A stretch of DNA of 64,000 nt from an uncultured Candidatus Rokubacteria bacterium (GCA_963826115.1 CAWGVS010000010.1:448001-512000); one strand, 5' to 3'; shown: positions 35,471 to 46,186, counted from the first letter of the stretch. The notes: generated by a model from the sequence alone, not told the origin. Made by a program: numbers and translations.

Positions 35471-38230
35471 ATGACGACCGGGAAGGAAGCAGCGGAGGCG
35501 GCGCGGCTCACCGCGGCGCGAGAGCAGAGCGTGCCGTGGCGGAAGTGGGGACCGTACCTCTCCGAGCGGCAGTGGGGGACGGTCCGCGAGGACTACAGCG
35601 ACAACGGGGACGCCTGGAACTACTTCAGCCACGACCAGGCGCGCTCGCGGGCGTACCGCTGGGGCGAGGACGGCCTCGCGGGGGTCTCCGACGACCGGCA
35701 GCTCCTCTGCTTCGCGCTGGCGCTCTGGAACGGGAAGGATCCCATCCTGAAAGAGCGCCTGTTCGGCCTCACCAACAGCGAGGGGAACCACGGGGAGGAC
35801 GTCAAGGAGTACTACTTCTATCTCGACTCGACCCCCACCCACTCGTACATGAAGTACCTCTACAAGTACCCGCAGGCCGAGTTCCCCTACGGCGACCTCG
35901 TCGAGACGAACCGGCGCCGGGGCAAGCTCGACTTCGAGTACGAGCTGCTCGACACCCGGGTCTTCGACCAGGACCGCTACTTCGACGTGCTGGTCGAGTA
36001 CGCCAAGGCGTCGCCCGAGGACCTTCTCGTCCAGGTCACCGTGACGAACCGCGGCCCGGCGGCAGCGACGCTGCACGTCCTGCCGACCCTCTGGTTCCGC
36101 AATCTCTGGTCGTGGGGCGGGGACGCGCCGCGCCCGGTGATCCGGCAGGCCGCGGGGAGCTCGAGCCCCGTGATCGCGGCCGCCCACCCCGAGCTCGGCG
36201 AGCGGTTCCTCGCGTGCGAGGGCGCGGCCGCTCTGCTGTTCACGGAGAACGAAACGAACGCGGCGCGGCTCTTCGGAGCCCCCAACCGCACCCCCTACGT
36301 CAAGGACGGGATCAACGACTACGTCGTCCACGGCCGCGGGGAGGCGGTGAACCCCGCCCACACGGGCACCAAGGCCGCCGCGCACTACCCGCTCACCGTG
36401 GAGGCCGGCGCGTCCCGGACGCTCCGGCTGCGCCTCTTCGACGTGTCGGCGAAGAGCGAGGCCTTCGGGCGCGACTTCGACGCGACCATGGACGCACGCC
36501 GGAAGGAGGCCGACGAGTTCTACGCGGGGGTCATCCCGCGGTCGCTCGACTCCGACGCGCGGCTCGTGATGCGACAGGCGCTGGCCGGCATGATGTGGAC
36601 GAAGCAGTTCTACCACTACGACGTGGACCGGTGGCTCGAGGAGCACGGCGCCGAGCCGTTCGGGGGCGGGCGGCGGTCCGCGCCCCGGAACGACCACTGG
36701 CACCACATGCAGAACGCCGACATCATCTCGATGCCGGACAAGTGGGAGTACCCGTGGTATGCGGCGTGGGACCTGGCCTTCCACTGCCTCGCCCTGACCC
36801 TGGTGGACGAGGACTTCGGCAAGCAGCAGCTGGACCTCATGCTGCAGCAGCAGTACATCCACCCGAGCGGGCAGATTCCTGCGTACGAGTGGAACTTCGG
36901 CGACGTGAACCCGCCGGTGCACGCGTGGGCCACCTTGTTCACGTACCGGCTGGAGAAGGCCCGGCGCGGGCGGGGCGACCTCGACTGGCTCGAGCGCTGC
37001 TTCCACAAGCTGATGCTCAACTTCACGTGGTGGGTGAACCGGAAGGACCGCAACGGCAGCAACGTCTTCGAGGGCGGCTTCCTGGGCCTCGACAACATCG
37101 GCGTCTTCGATCGCAGCGCGCCGCTCCCGACCGGCGGCTACCTGGAACAGGCCGATGGCACCGCGTGGATGGCCCTGTTCTGCCAGAACATGCTGGACAT
37201 CGCCGGGGAGCTGGCGATGGAGCGGCCTGCGTACCAGGACCTGGCGCTGAAGTTCGTCGAGCACTTTCTCTGGATCGGGACTTCGATGATGCATGCCGGC
37301 GGCGACACCGGGATGTGGGACGAGGCGGACGGGTTCTTCTACGACGTCCTGCGCACACCGGACGGGCGGGCCCAGCGCCTGAAGGTGCGCTCCATGGTCG
37401 GGCTGCTTCCGCTCTGCGCGGTCACCGTCTTCGAGGGGAAGTTGCTGACCAAGTATCCGGAGCTCCAACAACGGGTGCGTCGCTTCCTCGAGGGGCGGCC
37501 CGAGGTGCGCGCGTTCATCCACGACCCCGCGAAGCAGGGCCAGGGTGGCCGGCGCCTCGCCGCCCTCCTCGACGAGACGAAGCTCCGCCGGGTCCTCACC
37601 ATCATGCTCGACGAGAAGGAGTTCCTGAGCCCCTACGGGATCCGCGCCCTCTCGAGCTTTCACACGGACCACCCCTACGTGTTCCACGTGGGGAATCAGG
37701 AGTACCGCGTGTCGTACCTGCCGGCAGAGTCCGACAGCGGCATGTTCGGCGGCAACTCGAACTGGCGGGGGCCCATCTGGATGCCCGTGAACGGACTGAT
37801 CATCCGGGCGCTGCTCCAGTACCACACCTACTACGGCGACACGTTCACCATCGAGTGTCCGACGGGGTCGGGCCGCCGGATGAACCTGTACCAGGTCGCC
37901 GAGGAGCTGTCGCGGCGTCTGGCCAGCATCTTCCTCCGGAACGCGGAGGGACGGCGCCCGGTCCACGGGGGCGCCCGGAAGTTCCAGGAGGACCCGCACT
38001 GGCGCGACCTCGTGCTCTTCTACGAGTACTTCCATGGCGACAACGGGGCGGGCCTCGGTGCCAGCCACCAGACGGGCTGGACCGGCATCGTCGCGCGTGC
38101 CATGCACCTGTTCGCCACCAGCACGTCGTCGGAGTTCCTCGGGCTCGGCACCGTTGCCGGCGTGGTGGAGACGCCGGGAACAGGAGCTGTGACGGGCGGC
38201 GGGGCGGCGTCTCGAGTCCGCGAGCCCTGA
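35471..38230 (+). CDS. glycoside hydrolase family 63-like glucosidase
   Basis: [45 protein letters not shown] and [22 protein letters not shown] motifs. Confidence 0.9.
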   Translation: MTTGKEAAEAARLTAAREQSVPWRKWGPYLSERQWGTVREDYSDNGDAWNYFSHDQARSRAYRWGEDGLAGVSDDRQLLCFALALWNGKDPILKERLFGLTNSEGNHGEDVKEYYFYLDSTPTHSYMKYLYKYPQAEFPYGDLVETNRRRGKLDFEYELLDTRVFDQDRYFDVLVEYAKASPEDLLVQVTVTNRGPAAATLHVLPTLWFRNLWSWGGDAPRPVIRQAAGSSSPVIAAAHPELGERFLACEGAAALLFTENETNAARLFGAPNRTPYVKDGINDYVVHGRGEAVNPAHTGTKAAAHYPLTVEAGASRTLRLRLFDVSAKSEAFGRDFDATMDARRKEADEFYAGVIPRSLDSDARLVMRQALAGMMWTKQFYHYDVDRWLEEHGAEPFGGGRRSAPRNDHWHHMQNADIISMPDKWEYPWYAAWDLAFHCLALTLVDEDFGKQQLDLMLQQQYIHPSGQIPAYEWNFGDVNPPVHAWATLFTYRLEKARRGRGDLDWLERCFHKLMLNFTWWVNRKDRNGSNVFEGGFLGLDNIGVFDRSAPLPTGGYLEQADGTAWMALFCQNMLDIAGELAMERPAYQDLALKFVEHFLWIGTSMMHAGGDTGMWDEADGFFYDVLRTPDGRAQRLKVRSMVGLLPLCAVTVFEGKLLTKYPELQQRVRRFLEGRPEVRAFIHDPAKQGQGGRRLAALLDETKLRRVLTIMLDEKEFLSPYGIRALSSFHTDHPYVFHVGNQEYRVSYLPAESDSGMFGGNSNWRGPIWMPVNGLIIRALLQYHTYYGDTFTIECPTGSGRRMNLYQVAEELSRRLASIFLRNAEGRRPVHGGARKFQEDPHWRDLVLFYEYFHGDNGAGLGASHQTGWTGIVARAMHLFATSTSSEFLGLGTVAGVVETPGTGAVTGGGAASRVREP

Positions 38231-38231
38231 T

Positions 38232-39332
38232 GTGCGGGCCTCTCGGCGCCGGGCGCCCGGGATACCCTTCGCGCTGGCCGGCCTGGTCGCCTTGACCGGC
38301 TGCGCCAGCATCGGCCCCGGTACGGTGACGCGGGACCGGTTCGACTACACCGGGGCGGTGGCCGAGTCCTGGAAGAGCCAGATGCTGCTCAACCTGGTGA
38401 AGCTCCGCTACGGCGACACCCCGGTGTTCCTGGACGTGGGGCAGATCGTGAGCGGCTACACGGTGCAGAGCACCTTCACGGCGGGGGGCAGCGTCTTCAG
38501 CACGAGCGGGGTGGTGCCGGGGGTGCCGAGCAGCAGCGTGACCCTCGGCGCCCAGGGGCAGTACACCGACCGGCCAACCATCACGTACGCGCCGCTCTCG
38601 GGCGAGCGCTTCGCCCGCTCGTTGATGACGCCGATTCCCCCGGCCGCCCTGCTGAGCATGATCCAGGCCGGGAATCCGGTGGACCTGGTCCTGCGGCTCG
38701 CGGTCCACGTCGTGAACGGCATCGACAACCGCTATGGGGGCGACGCGCGGGCGCGACCCGCGGACCCGGAGTTCTACGTCCTCCTGGAGCGGCTCCGCCG
38801 GATCCAGCTCTCGGGGGCGATCGGTCTCCGGGTGCGCCGGATCGACCGGGAAGAGGCCGTGCTGATGACCCTGCGGCAGAGGACGGACCCGGGCCTCGAG
38901 GCGGACACGCTGGCCGTCCGGCAGCTCTTGGGCCTCGATCCCGTTGGCCGGGAGTTTCAGGTCGTCTACGGCGCGGTGGCGGCCGACAACACGCAGATCG
39001 CGATTCTCAGCCGGTCCATCCTGGAGATCCTGATAGACCTCTCGTCCTTCATCGAGGTCCCCCAGGCCCACGTCACCGACCGACGCGTGTCGCCGACGGC
39101 GGAACCGGAGGTGGGACCCCGCGGCCCCATCCGGCCCCTGATTCGCATCGGGAGCTCTCCGGACCGGCCGGCCGACGCCTTCCTGGCCGTGCCCTACCGC
39201 GGCTACTGGTTCTGGATCGACGATCGCGACATGCCGTCGAAGCGGCTGTTCAGCTTCCTGATGTTCATCTTCACGCTCGTCGAGACCGGCGCGAAGGACG
39301 GCGCCCCGGTGTTGACGATCCCGACGCAATGA
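38232..39332 (+). CDS. lipoprotein of unknown function
   Basis: Lipobox LTGC; QMLLNLVKLRYGDTPVFL, PTITYAPL and YRGYWFWIDD; overlaps the next gene. Confidence 0.8.
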   Translation: MRASRRRAPGIPFALAGLVALTGCASIGPGTVTRDRFDYTGAVAESWKSQMLLNLVKLRYGDTPVFLDVGQIVSGYTVQSTFTAGGSVFSTSGVVPGVPSSSVTLGAQGQYTDRPTITYAPLSGERFARSLMTPIPPAALLSMIQAGNPVDLVLRLAVHVVNGIDNRYGGDARARPADPEFYVLLERLRRIQLSGAIGLRVRRIDREEAVLMTLRQRTDPGLEADTLAVRQLLGLDPVGREFQVVYGAVAADNTQIAILSRSILEILIDLSSFIEVPQAHVTDRRVSPTAEPEVGPRGPIRPLIRIGSSPDRPADAFLAVPYRGYWFWIDDRDMPSKRLFSFLMFIFTLVETGAKDGAPVLTIPTQ

Positions 39333-40831
39333 TGGAGGCCCGCGCCATGCCGCTCTCACCCCGCTATCCGGCGCTGTACCAGATCAACACTCGCGTCTGG
39401 CTGACCGAGCGGTCCCGGGCCCTGGGCCGGCCCGCGACGCTGGACGACGTGGCGGACGACGAGCTGGACCGCGTGGCCGGTCTCGGGGTCGACTGGGTCT
39501 GGCTTCTCAGCGTGTGGCGCACGGGTGCGGCCGGCCAGCGGGCGTCGCGCGAAAGCCCCGAGTGGCGGAAGGAGTTCCAGGAGACGCTGCCGGACCTCTC
39601 CGACGACGACATCGCCGGGTCCGGCTTCGCGATCACCGGGTACACCGTCCACCCGGGCCTGGGCGGCGATCCGGCGCTGGCGCGGCTCCGCGACCGCCTC
39701 CGGAAGCGCGGGCTCCGGCTCATGCTCGACTTCGTCCCGAACCACACCGCCCTCGATCATCCATGGGTCGAGGCCCACCCCGAGTACTTCGTGCCGGGCA
39801 CCGAGGCGGACCTGGCCCGGGCGCCCCAGAACTACATCTGGGTCAAGCGACGGCAGGGGCACCGACTCCTGGCCCACGGCCGGGACCCGTACTTCTCGGG
39901 CTGGCCGGACACGCTCCAGCTCGACTACGGCAACGTCTCGACGCAGGAGGCGATGCTGGACGAGCTGCTGAAGGTCAGCGGGCAGTGCGACGGTGTCCGC
40001 TGCGACATGGCGATGCTCGTCCTGCCCGACGTCTTCGAGCGGACCTGGGGCCGTCGGGCGCCGCCGTTCTGGCCGCGGGCGACCCAGCGGGTGCGGGAGC
40101 GGTCGCCGGGCTTCTGCTTCATGGCCGAGGTCTACTGGGACCTCGAGTGGACCATGATGCAGCAGGGGTTCGACTACGCCTACGACAAGCGGCTCTACGA
40201 TCGCCTGCACGAGGGGCACGTGCGGCCGGTGCGCGAGCATTTCCTGGCGGGGCTCGACTACCAGGACCGGCTCGCCCGCTTCATGGAGAACCACGACGAG
40301 CCCCGGGCCGCGACGGCGTTCCCCCCCGGCAAGCACGAGGCGGCCGCCGTCCTGACGTACCTCTCGCCGGGGCTCCGGTTCTTCCACCAGGGCCAGTTCG
40401 AGGGCCGCCGGAAGCGCATCTCGCCGCACCTGGTGCGGGCCCCCGTGGAGCCGGTCGACGAGACGCTCCGGCGCTTCTACGCGGCGCTCCTCTCGGCGCT
40501 CCGGGACCCCGCCGTGCGGGACGGCCAGTGGAGCCTGCTCGAGTGCGCGCCGGCGTGGGAGGGCAACTGGACGTCGGACGGGGTCATCGCGTTCGCCTGG
40601 CAGGGGCCGGCCGGCCGGCGCGCCCTGGTCACCGTGAACTACGCGCCGAACCAGGGCCAGTGCTACGTCCGCCTGCCGTGGGGAGATCTGCGCGGGAAGA
40701 CCGTGCGGTTGCGGGACCGGACGAGCGCCGCGGTGTACGACCGGAGCGGCGACGACCTCGCGGCGCGCGGGCTCTACCTCGACGTGCCGCCGTGGGGCCA
40801 CCACGTCTTCGAGGTGGGTGGCGCGTCGTGA
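39329..40831 (+). CDS. alpha-amylase family (GH13) glycosyl hydrolase
   Basis: Conserved regions LDFVPNH, DGVRCDMAM, AEVYW and FMENHDE. Confidence 0.9.
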   Translation: MMEARAMPLSPRYPALYQINTRVWLTERSRALGRPATLDDVADDELDRVAGLGVDWVWLLSVWRTGAAGQRASRESPEWRKEFQETLPDLSDDDIAGSGFAITGYTVHPGLGGDPALARLRDRLRKRGLRLMLDFVPNHTALDHPWVEAHPEYFVPGTEADLARAPQNYIWVKRRQGHRLLAHGRDPYFSGWPDTLQLDYGNVSTQEAMLDELLKVSGQCDGVRCDMAMLVLPDVFERTWGRRAPPFWPRATQRVRERSPGFCFMAEVYWDLEWTMMQQGFDYAYDKRLYDRLHEGHVRPVREHFLAGLDYQDRLARFMENHDEPRAATAFPPGKHEAAAVLTYLSPGLRFFHQGQFEGRRKRISPHLVRAPVEPVDETLRRFYAALLSALRDPAVRDGQWSLLECAPAWEGNWTSDGVIAFAWQGPAGRRALVTVNYAPNQGQCYVRLPWGDLRGKTVRLRDRTSAAVYDRSGDDLAARGLYLDVPPWGHHVFEVGGAS

Positions 40832-43059
40832 CGGCCGCCGGCGGCGTCCGGATGCCCGGCCGATCGCTCGCGCGGGCGCTCGGCGTGATCGGGCTCCTCG
40901 TCCTGCTCGCGGGATGTAGCGCCCCCGCCACACCCGGCCCGGTGTTCGGCGGGAAGGAGCTCCAGGCAGACCAGAAGTGGCCGCAGGAGCTGATGGGCGG
41001 GGACGGCTCGACGGTCCTGCTCTACCAGCCCCAGGTCGAGAGCTGGAAGGACTACAAGCTGCTCCGCGCGCGCATGGCCCTGGCGTTCCGCCGGATGGGG
41101 ACGGACAGCGCCACGCTCGGCGGGGTGCTGCTCGAGGGCGACACCTCGACCAGCAGCGAGGCCGGGCAGGTCCGCATCTCCAACATCCGGATCGTCGAGG
41201 GACGGTTCCCTGGCCTCAGCGCGCCGGACTCCGCGCGCCTCCTCGACGCGCTGCGGGCGCGCCTGAGCAAGGAGGACGTGCTCGTCGAAACGGAGCGGAT
41301 CACGGCCTATCTCGAGCGGGCAGAGACCGCCTTCACTCCGGTCGCGCTGAAGTCGGACCCGCCAAAGATCTTCGTGAGCACCCGCTCCGCCGTCCTGGTG
41401 AACATCGATGGACCGCCGGTGATGGCCAAGGTCCCCGGGACGGAGCTCTCGTACGTGGTCAACACGAACTGGGACCTGCTGCGCGCCGCGACGACCTACT
41501 ACCTGCGCCACGAGCAGGGCTGGCTCACCGCGCCCGCCCCCGCGGGGCCGTGGACCGCGGCGACCTCCATTCCCAAGAGCTTCGAGCTGATCCCGACGAA
41601 CGACCCGAACTGGTCCGACGTGCGGAAGGCGGTGCCGGGCGTCGCCCTGGCTCCCTCCGCGGTGCCGAGGGTGTTCGTGAGCGAGACGCCGGCGGAGCTG
41701 ATCCTGCTCGACGGGGAGCCGAAGCTGGAGGCGATCAAGGGGACCAAGCTTTCCTGGGTCACGAACACCCAGAGCGACCTCTTCCAATCGGCGGCGGACC
41801 AACGCTACTACTATCTCGTGGCCGGGCGCTGGTTCCGCGCCGAGAAGCTCGACGGCCCCTGGCGCTTCGCGACGACGGAGCTTCCGGAGGACTTCAAGAA
41901 GATCCCGCCCGACCATCCGGCGGCCGACATCCTCGCCCTGGTGCCGGGCACGCCCCAGGCGCAGCAGGCGGTGATCCGGGGGCACATCCCCCAGACCGCG
42001 CGCGTCGCGCGCGGGAAGGTGGAGCCGCCGAAGGTGACCTACAAGGGCGCGCCCGAGTGGAAGCCCATCGCCGGCACCTCGCTCGCGTACGCGGGGAACA
42101 GCCCGTACGACGTCCTGAAGGTGGGCGATCTCTACTACCTCTGCTTCCAGGCAGTGTGGTTCGTCGCCAAGAGCCCGGAGGGTCCCTGGGAGCTCGCCGA
42201 CAAGGTGCCCAGCGAGGTCTCCAAGATCCCGCCGAGCGTCCCGGTCTACCCGACGACCTACGTCTACGTGTACGACACGGGCCCCGACTACGTGACCTAT
42301 GGCTATCTGCCGGGTTACTACGGGGACTACTACGGCTGGGGCGTGATGGCGTTCGGCACCGGGTACTACTACGGGGCCTATGTCTACGACGACCTCTACT
42401 GGCCGTACGGGTACACGTACGGCTCGGGCTCCTGGTACAACGAGCGCACGGGCACGTACGGCCGGAGCGTCGTGGGCTATGGTCCGTACGGCGGGGCCGG
42501 GCGGGCGGCCGCCTACAATCCGACGACCGGGACCTACGCGCGCGGCGCCGCGGCCTACGGCGAGTATCGGGCGGGCGCCTGGGCGGAGGCCTACAATCCC
42601 CGGACGGGAACCTCCGCGCGCGCCGTGGAAGGCAGCAACGTCTACGGCAACTGGCGGAGCACGTCGGTGGTGCGCGGCGACGACTGGGTCAACGCGGCGC
42701 GGGTCAGCGGCAGCGCGGGGGACGCCGCGGCCGTCCGCACGTCGAGCGGCGGCAGCGCCGTCGTGGCGCGCGGGGACAACAACGTGTACGTCGGCAAGGA
42801 CGGCCAGGTCTACCGGCGGACCGAGGGCGGCGGCTGGCAACAGTACGATGGCGGCCAGTGGAGCGGCGCCGCCGCCTCGCGCGCCGATTCGAGCACCCAG
42901 CAGAGCCTCAACCGCGACGCCGAGGCGCGCAGCACCGGCGCGAGCCGGGCGAGCCAGTCCCAGTCGTGGCGGAGCAGCGGCGGTGGCGGGGGATACAGCG
43001 GTGGCGGATCGGGAGGCGGCGGCATGCGCGGCGGCGGTGGTGGCGGCCGCCGCCGCTGA
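40828..43059 (+). CDS. large lipoprotein, paralog 2 of the 17327-19693 protein
   Basis: Lipobox LLAGC; WPQE..YQPQVE; three GPW repeats; YNPxTGT repeats; ends GGGGRRR. Confidence 0.85.
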   Translation: MTAAGGVRMPGRSLARALGVIGLLVLLAGCSAPATPGPVFGGKELQADQKWPQELMGGDGSTVLLYQPQVESWKDYKLLRARMALAFRRMGTDSATLGGVLLEGDTSTSSEAGQVRISNIRIVEGRFPGLSAPDSARLLDALRARLSKEDVLVETERITAYLERAETAFTPVALKSDPPKIFVSTRSAVLVNIDGPPVMAKVPGTELSYVVNTNWDLLRAATTYYLRHEQGWLTAPAPAGPWTAATSIPKSFELIPTNDPNWSDVRKAVPGVALAPSAVPRVFVSETPAELILLDGEPKLEAIKGTKLSWVTNTQSDLFQSAADQRYYYLVAGRWFRAEKLDGPWRFATTELPEDFKKIPPDHPAADILALVPGTPQAQQAVIRGHIPQTARVARGKVEPPKVTYKGAPEWKPIAGTSLAYAGNSPYDVLKVGDLYYLCFQAVWFVAKSPEGPWELADKVPSEVSKIPPSVPVYPTTYVYVYDTGPDYVTYGYLPGYYGDYYGWGVMAFGTGYYYGAYVYDDLYWPYGYTYGSGSWYNERTGTYGRSVVGYGPYGGAGRAAAYNPTTGTYARGAAAYGEYRAGAWAEAYNPRTGTSARAVEGSNVYGNWRSTSVVRGDDWVNAARVSGSAGDAAAVRTSSGGSAVVARGDNNVYVGKDGQVYRRTEGGGWQQYDGGQWSGAAASRADSSTQQSLNRDAEARSTGASRASQSQSWRSSGGGGGYSGGGSGGGGMRGGGGGGRRR

Positions 43060-43083
43060 TGCCTCAGCGAAAAGGAGTCACTG

Positions 43084-43350
43084 ATGCGTAGATTCTCGCG
43101 ACGTGGCGGCCGATGGATCGTGTTACTCGGGAGCGTGGCCCTGGGACTCGGGGCCTGCGCCTCCGGCGAGCAGTGGGCGGAGTGGCGGTCCCACTCGTCC
43201 CACTTCGCGTCCGGTGACCACATGGGCTTCTCGCTCAAGAACCTGGGTGACACGCCTCGCGTGAGCAAGAAGGACGTGCAGGAGGCCGGGACACAGTCCT
43301 GGTGGGGGAAGCCGGTCGCGCCCCGCCCCGGCCAGATTTTCGAGGAGTAG
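43084..43350 (+). CDS. small lipoprotein, hypothetical
   Basis: AAGGAG RBS; lipobox LGAC; HSSHFASGDH motif. Confidence 0.7.
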   Translation: MRRFSRRGGRWIVLLGSVALGLGACASGEQWAEWRSHSSHFASGDHMGFSLKNLGDTPRVSKKDVQEAGTQSWWGKPVAPRPGQIFEE

Positions 43351-43366
43351 CGTCGAGGCGCGGTCC

Positions 43367-44005
43367 ATGCGACTGCTCATAGCGGGACTCCTCGGGCTGG
43401 CGCTGGTCTCGACGGCGGGCGCCCAGCGCTCCTTCGAGGAGGCGGTCCTGCCGCTCCCGCAGTACAGGGCGGCGGACGCCCGCGCTCTCGCCGAGGCGTA
43501 CGCGCCGGAGCTCCGGCGCCTGTACGACGACGTCCGCCGGTGCGTGCCCGAGCTCGATTTCTACCAGCCCGGGATCGGCTTCCGGAAGCCGCGGGGCAAG
43601 CCCCAGCTCTCCCCGCACCTGTCGATCTGGATGATCGCGGACGAGAGCGTGGGGCCCGGCGGAGACGATTTCGGTGCGCGGGCGGCCGACGCCTTCGAGC
43701 GCTACGGGGGCCGGCTGCTCCGCCGGCTCCTGGCCCGGGACCTGGTGCGCGCCGACGGCCGGGTGGGCGGCTACGGGCTCGTCATGACGTGGCTGCGCTC
43801 CCGGGGCGACGAGCGGATGGGCGAGACGATGGTGGTCTTCGTCGATACCGTGAGCGCCACCGGGTTCGCCGGCGGCGCGCTCGGGGCGCGGGACCTTCTG
43901 GCGCGGGCGGACATTCGCCTCTTCGAGGGTGACGCCGAGAAGGCGCGGATCCCGATTCCCGTGGACGATGCCAAGGTGCAGCCGGGTGCCGATGGGTGCT
44001 CCTAG
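43367..44005 (+). CDS. secreted hypothetical protein
   Basis: Signal peptide MRLLIAGLLGLALVSTAGA; no family recognised. Confidence 0.7.
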   Translation: MRLLIAGLLGLALVSTAGAQRSFEEAVLPLPQYRAADARALAEAYAPELRRLYDDVRRCVPELDFYQPGIGFRKPRGKPQLSPHLSIWMIADESVGPGGDDFGARAADAFERYGGRLLRRLLARDLVRADGRVGGYGLVMTWLRSRGDERMGETMVVFVDTVSATGFAGGALGARDLLARADIRLFEGDAEKARIPIPVDDAKVQPGADGCS

Positions 44006-44074
44006 CCCCGGACGCCGCCCCTCCGGGGCGCCCGGGGCAGCGTCCGGGAGGGAAGCCACTGCCAGGACGAGACG

Positions 44075-44524
44075 GTGACACGCGCCGCCCTCATCGTGCT
44101 GTTCGCGTGCCTGTTGGGGATCCCCGCCGGCGTCGGGGGGTTCACCTTCGTGTACGCGAAAGGCCTTTCCTACCTCTCCACCGACCCCAAGGCCTGCGTG
44201 AACTGCCACGTGATGAACGCCCAGTACGACGGGTGGCTCAAGAGCGGGCACCGGCACACCGCGACCTGCGTCGAGTGCCACCTGCCGCACGAGGGGATCG
44301 CGAAGTGGATCGCGAAGGGGGACCACGGCTTCCGCCACTCCGCCGCCTTCACGCTCCAGAACTTCAAGGAGCCGATCGAGATCACGCCGAAGGACCGCGA
44401 CATCGTTCGCGTGAACTGCGTGCGGTGCCACGAGGGGCTCGTCCATGGGGTGGTCCAGGCCACGCGGGGCGAGCTCGACTGCCTGCACTGCCACACCAGC
44501 GCCGGGCACGGCGCCGGCGGCTGA
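44075..44524 (+). CDS. nrfH: cytochrome c nitrite reductase small subunit (tetraheme quinol dehydrogenase)
   Basis: N-terminal TM helix; SYLS.DP.ACVNCHVM; CVECH, CVRCH and CLHCH. Confidence 0.93.
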   Translation: MTRAALIVLFACLLGIPAGVGGFTFVYAKGLSYLSTDPKACVNCHVMNAQYDGWLKSGHRHTATCVECHLPHEGIAKWIAKGDHGFRHSAAFTLQNFKEPIEITPKDRDIVRVNCVRCHEGLVHGVVQATRGELDCLHCHTSAGHGAGG

Positions 44525-44527
44525 GAC

Positions 44528-45940
44528 ATGGGAGAGCGCATGGCGATCGTCCGGTCGTCCCAGGGTAAGGCCGGCGTGTGGCTCCTGGTGCTGCTGGGGC
44601 TGGCCGGGGTGGCGGGCGTCACCGTGCTCCTGCTCGCGCTCCTCACGAACATCTTCGAGCGGAAGCAGGAGGCGCGGCAGGGGTTCGTCCGGCTCGCCGA
44701 GGTCACCGAGAACACGATGGACCCGAAGGTGTGGGGGCAGAACTGGCCCCTCCAGTACGACTCCTACCTCAAGACCTCGCAGCCGACGTCGACGAAGTAC
44801 GGCGGTCGCGGCCTCGGCGCGAGCGACAGCGGGCCGGCCGCCCAGAAGCTCGATCGCGACCCCTGGCTCAAGCGGATCTTCGCGGGCTACGCCTTCGCGC
44901 TCGACTACCGAGACCGACGCGGGCACTTCTACGGCCTCTTCGACCAGGAGCAGACCCGGCGCGTGACGGAGAAGCAGCAGCCCGGGGCGTGCCTCCAGTG
45001 CCACGCGGCGAACCTCGCGCTCTACCGCTTCGTCGGCAAGGGCGACGTCCAGAAGGGCTTCGAACAGGTCTCGGGCATGCCGTACGCGGAGGCCCGGAAC
45101 ATGAAGGACGACAAGGGTCAGCCGCTGGTCCAGCACCCCGTGGCCTGCGTGGACTGCCACGAGCCGAAGACGATGGGCGTCCGGGTCACCCGGCCGGGGT
45201 TCATCGCCGGCATCAAGGCGTGGAAGGCCAAGCAGGGGATCGCCGACTTCGAGCCGAACCGCGACGCCACCCGCCAGGAGATGCGCTCCTACGTGTGCGG
45301 CCAGTGCCACGTCGAGTACTACTTCCGGGGCCCGGGCAAGGTCGTGACGTACCCGTGGGCGAACGGCCTCCGGGTCGAGGAGATCGAGGCCTACTACGAG
45401 AAGGAAGGGTTCACGGACTGGGTGCACGCCGAGACGGGCACCAAGGTGCTGAAGGCCCAGCACCCGGAGTTCGAGGTGTGGTCCCAGGGCATCCACGCCC
45501 GCGCGGGGGTGGCCTGCGCCGACTGTCACATGGCCTACGAGCGGGTCGGCGCGATGAAGATCAGCGACCACTGGGTGCGGAGCCCGCTCTTGAACCTGAA
45601 CCGCGCCTGCCAGACCTGCCACTCGGTGGCGGAGAAGGAGCTCGAGGCGCGCGTGCTCACGATCCAGGACCGCCACCACGCGCTCCTCGAGCGCGCGGCC
45701 CGGGCCACGACCGACATGCTCGACGCCATCGTGGCGGCGAAGAAGGGCGGGGCAGCCGAGAAGGACCTCCAGGCGGCCGCCGTCCAGCACCGGAAGGCGC
45801 AGTGGCGGCTCGACTTCGTGGCCGCCGAGAACTCCATGGGGTTCCACGCGCCGCAGGAGCTCGCGCGGATCCTGGGCGAGGTCATCGACCACGCGCGCCA
45901 GGGGCAGCTCGAGGCGGAGCGGGCGGCGCGCCGGCGATAG
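44528..45940 (+). CDS. nrfA: ammonia-forming cytochrome c nitrite reductase, CXXCH heme-1 variant
   Basis: Five heme motifs [26 protein letters not shown] and CQTCH; diagnostic LKAQHPEFE; YR.RRGH; ENSMGFHAP. Confidence 0.93.
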   Translation: MGERMAIVRSSQGKAGVWLLVLLGLAGVAGVTVLLLALLTNIFERKQEARQGFVRLAEVTENTMDPKVWGQNWPLQYDSYLKTSQPTSTKYGGRGLGASDSGPAAQKLDRDPWLKRIFAGYAFALDYRDRRGHFYGLFDQEQTRRVTEKQQPGACLQCHAANLALYRFVGKGDVQKGFEQVSGMPYAEARNMKDDKGQPLVQHPVACVDCHEPKTMGVRVTRPGFIAGIKAWKAKQGIADFEPNRDATRQEMRSYVCGQCHVEYYFRGPGKVVTYPWANGLRVEEIEAYYEKEGFTDWVHAETGTKVLKAQHPEFEVWSQGIHARAGVACADCHMAYERVGAMKISDHWVRSPLLNLNRACQTCHSVAEKELEARVLTIQDRHHALLERAARATTDMLDAIVAAKKGGAAEKDLQAAAVQHRKAQWRLDFVAAENSMGFHAPQELARILGEVIDHARQGQLEAERAARRR

Positions 45941-46186
45941 CGGCCGGCCTCGGGGGCGTGGCCTAGCGGGGCGCCGAGCGCCTGAGCGTCGAAGCGGCCC
46001 GGATCAAGGCCGCGCCGGCGGCTCGACGTCCCGCACGGATCGGCTCGCGAGGGATGGGACAGAGGCCCGCGTCGATCGTCCGTCGAGTCCCGGGATCGCG
46101 CGGGCGCGGCCGGCGATGCGGGAGCGACGGACTACGGGTGCCGGCTGCCGGGGCGCGCCCCGGGGCGGCCGGCGAAGGACTACGCG

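Noticed and set aside
39514-43059. 1181-aa ORF suggesting a fusion
   Set aside because: The first ~440 codons overlap the GH13 gene in another frame; the real gene starts near 40828-40852 with a lipoprotein signal.
45950-46030. GGGGGCGTGGCCTAGCGG resembling a tRNA 5' end (checked as possible tRNA-Sec)
   Set aside because: No T-arm GTTCRA, no acceptor-stem complement and no CCA.
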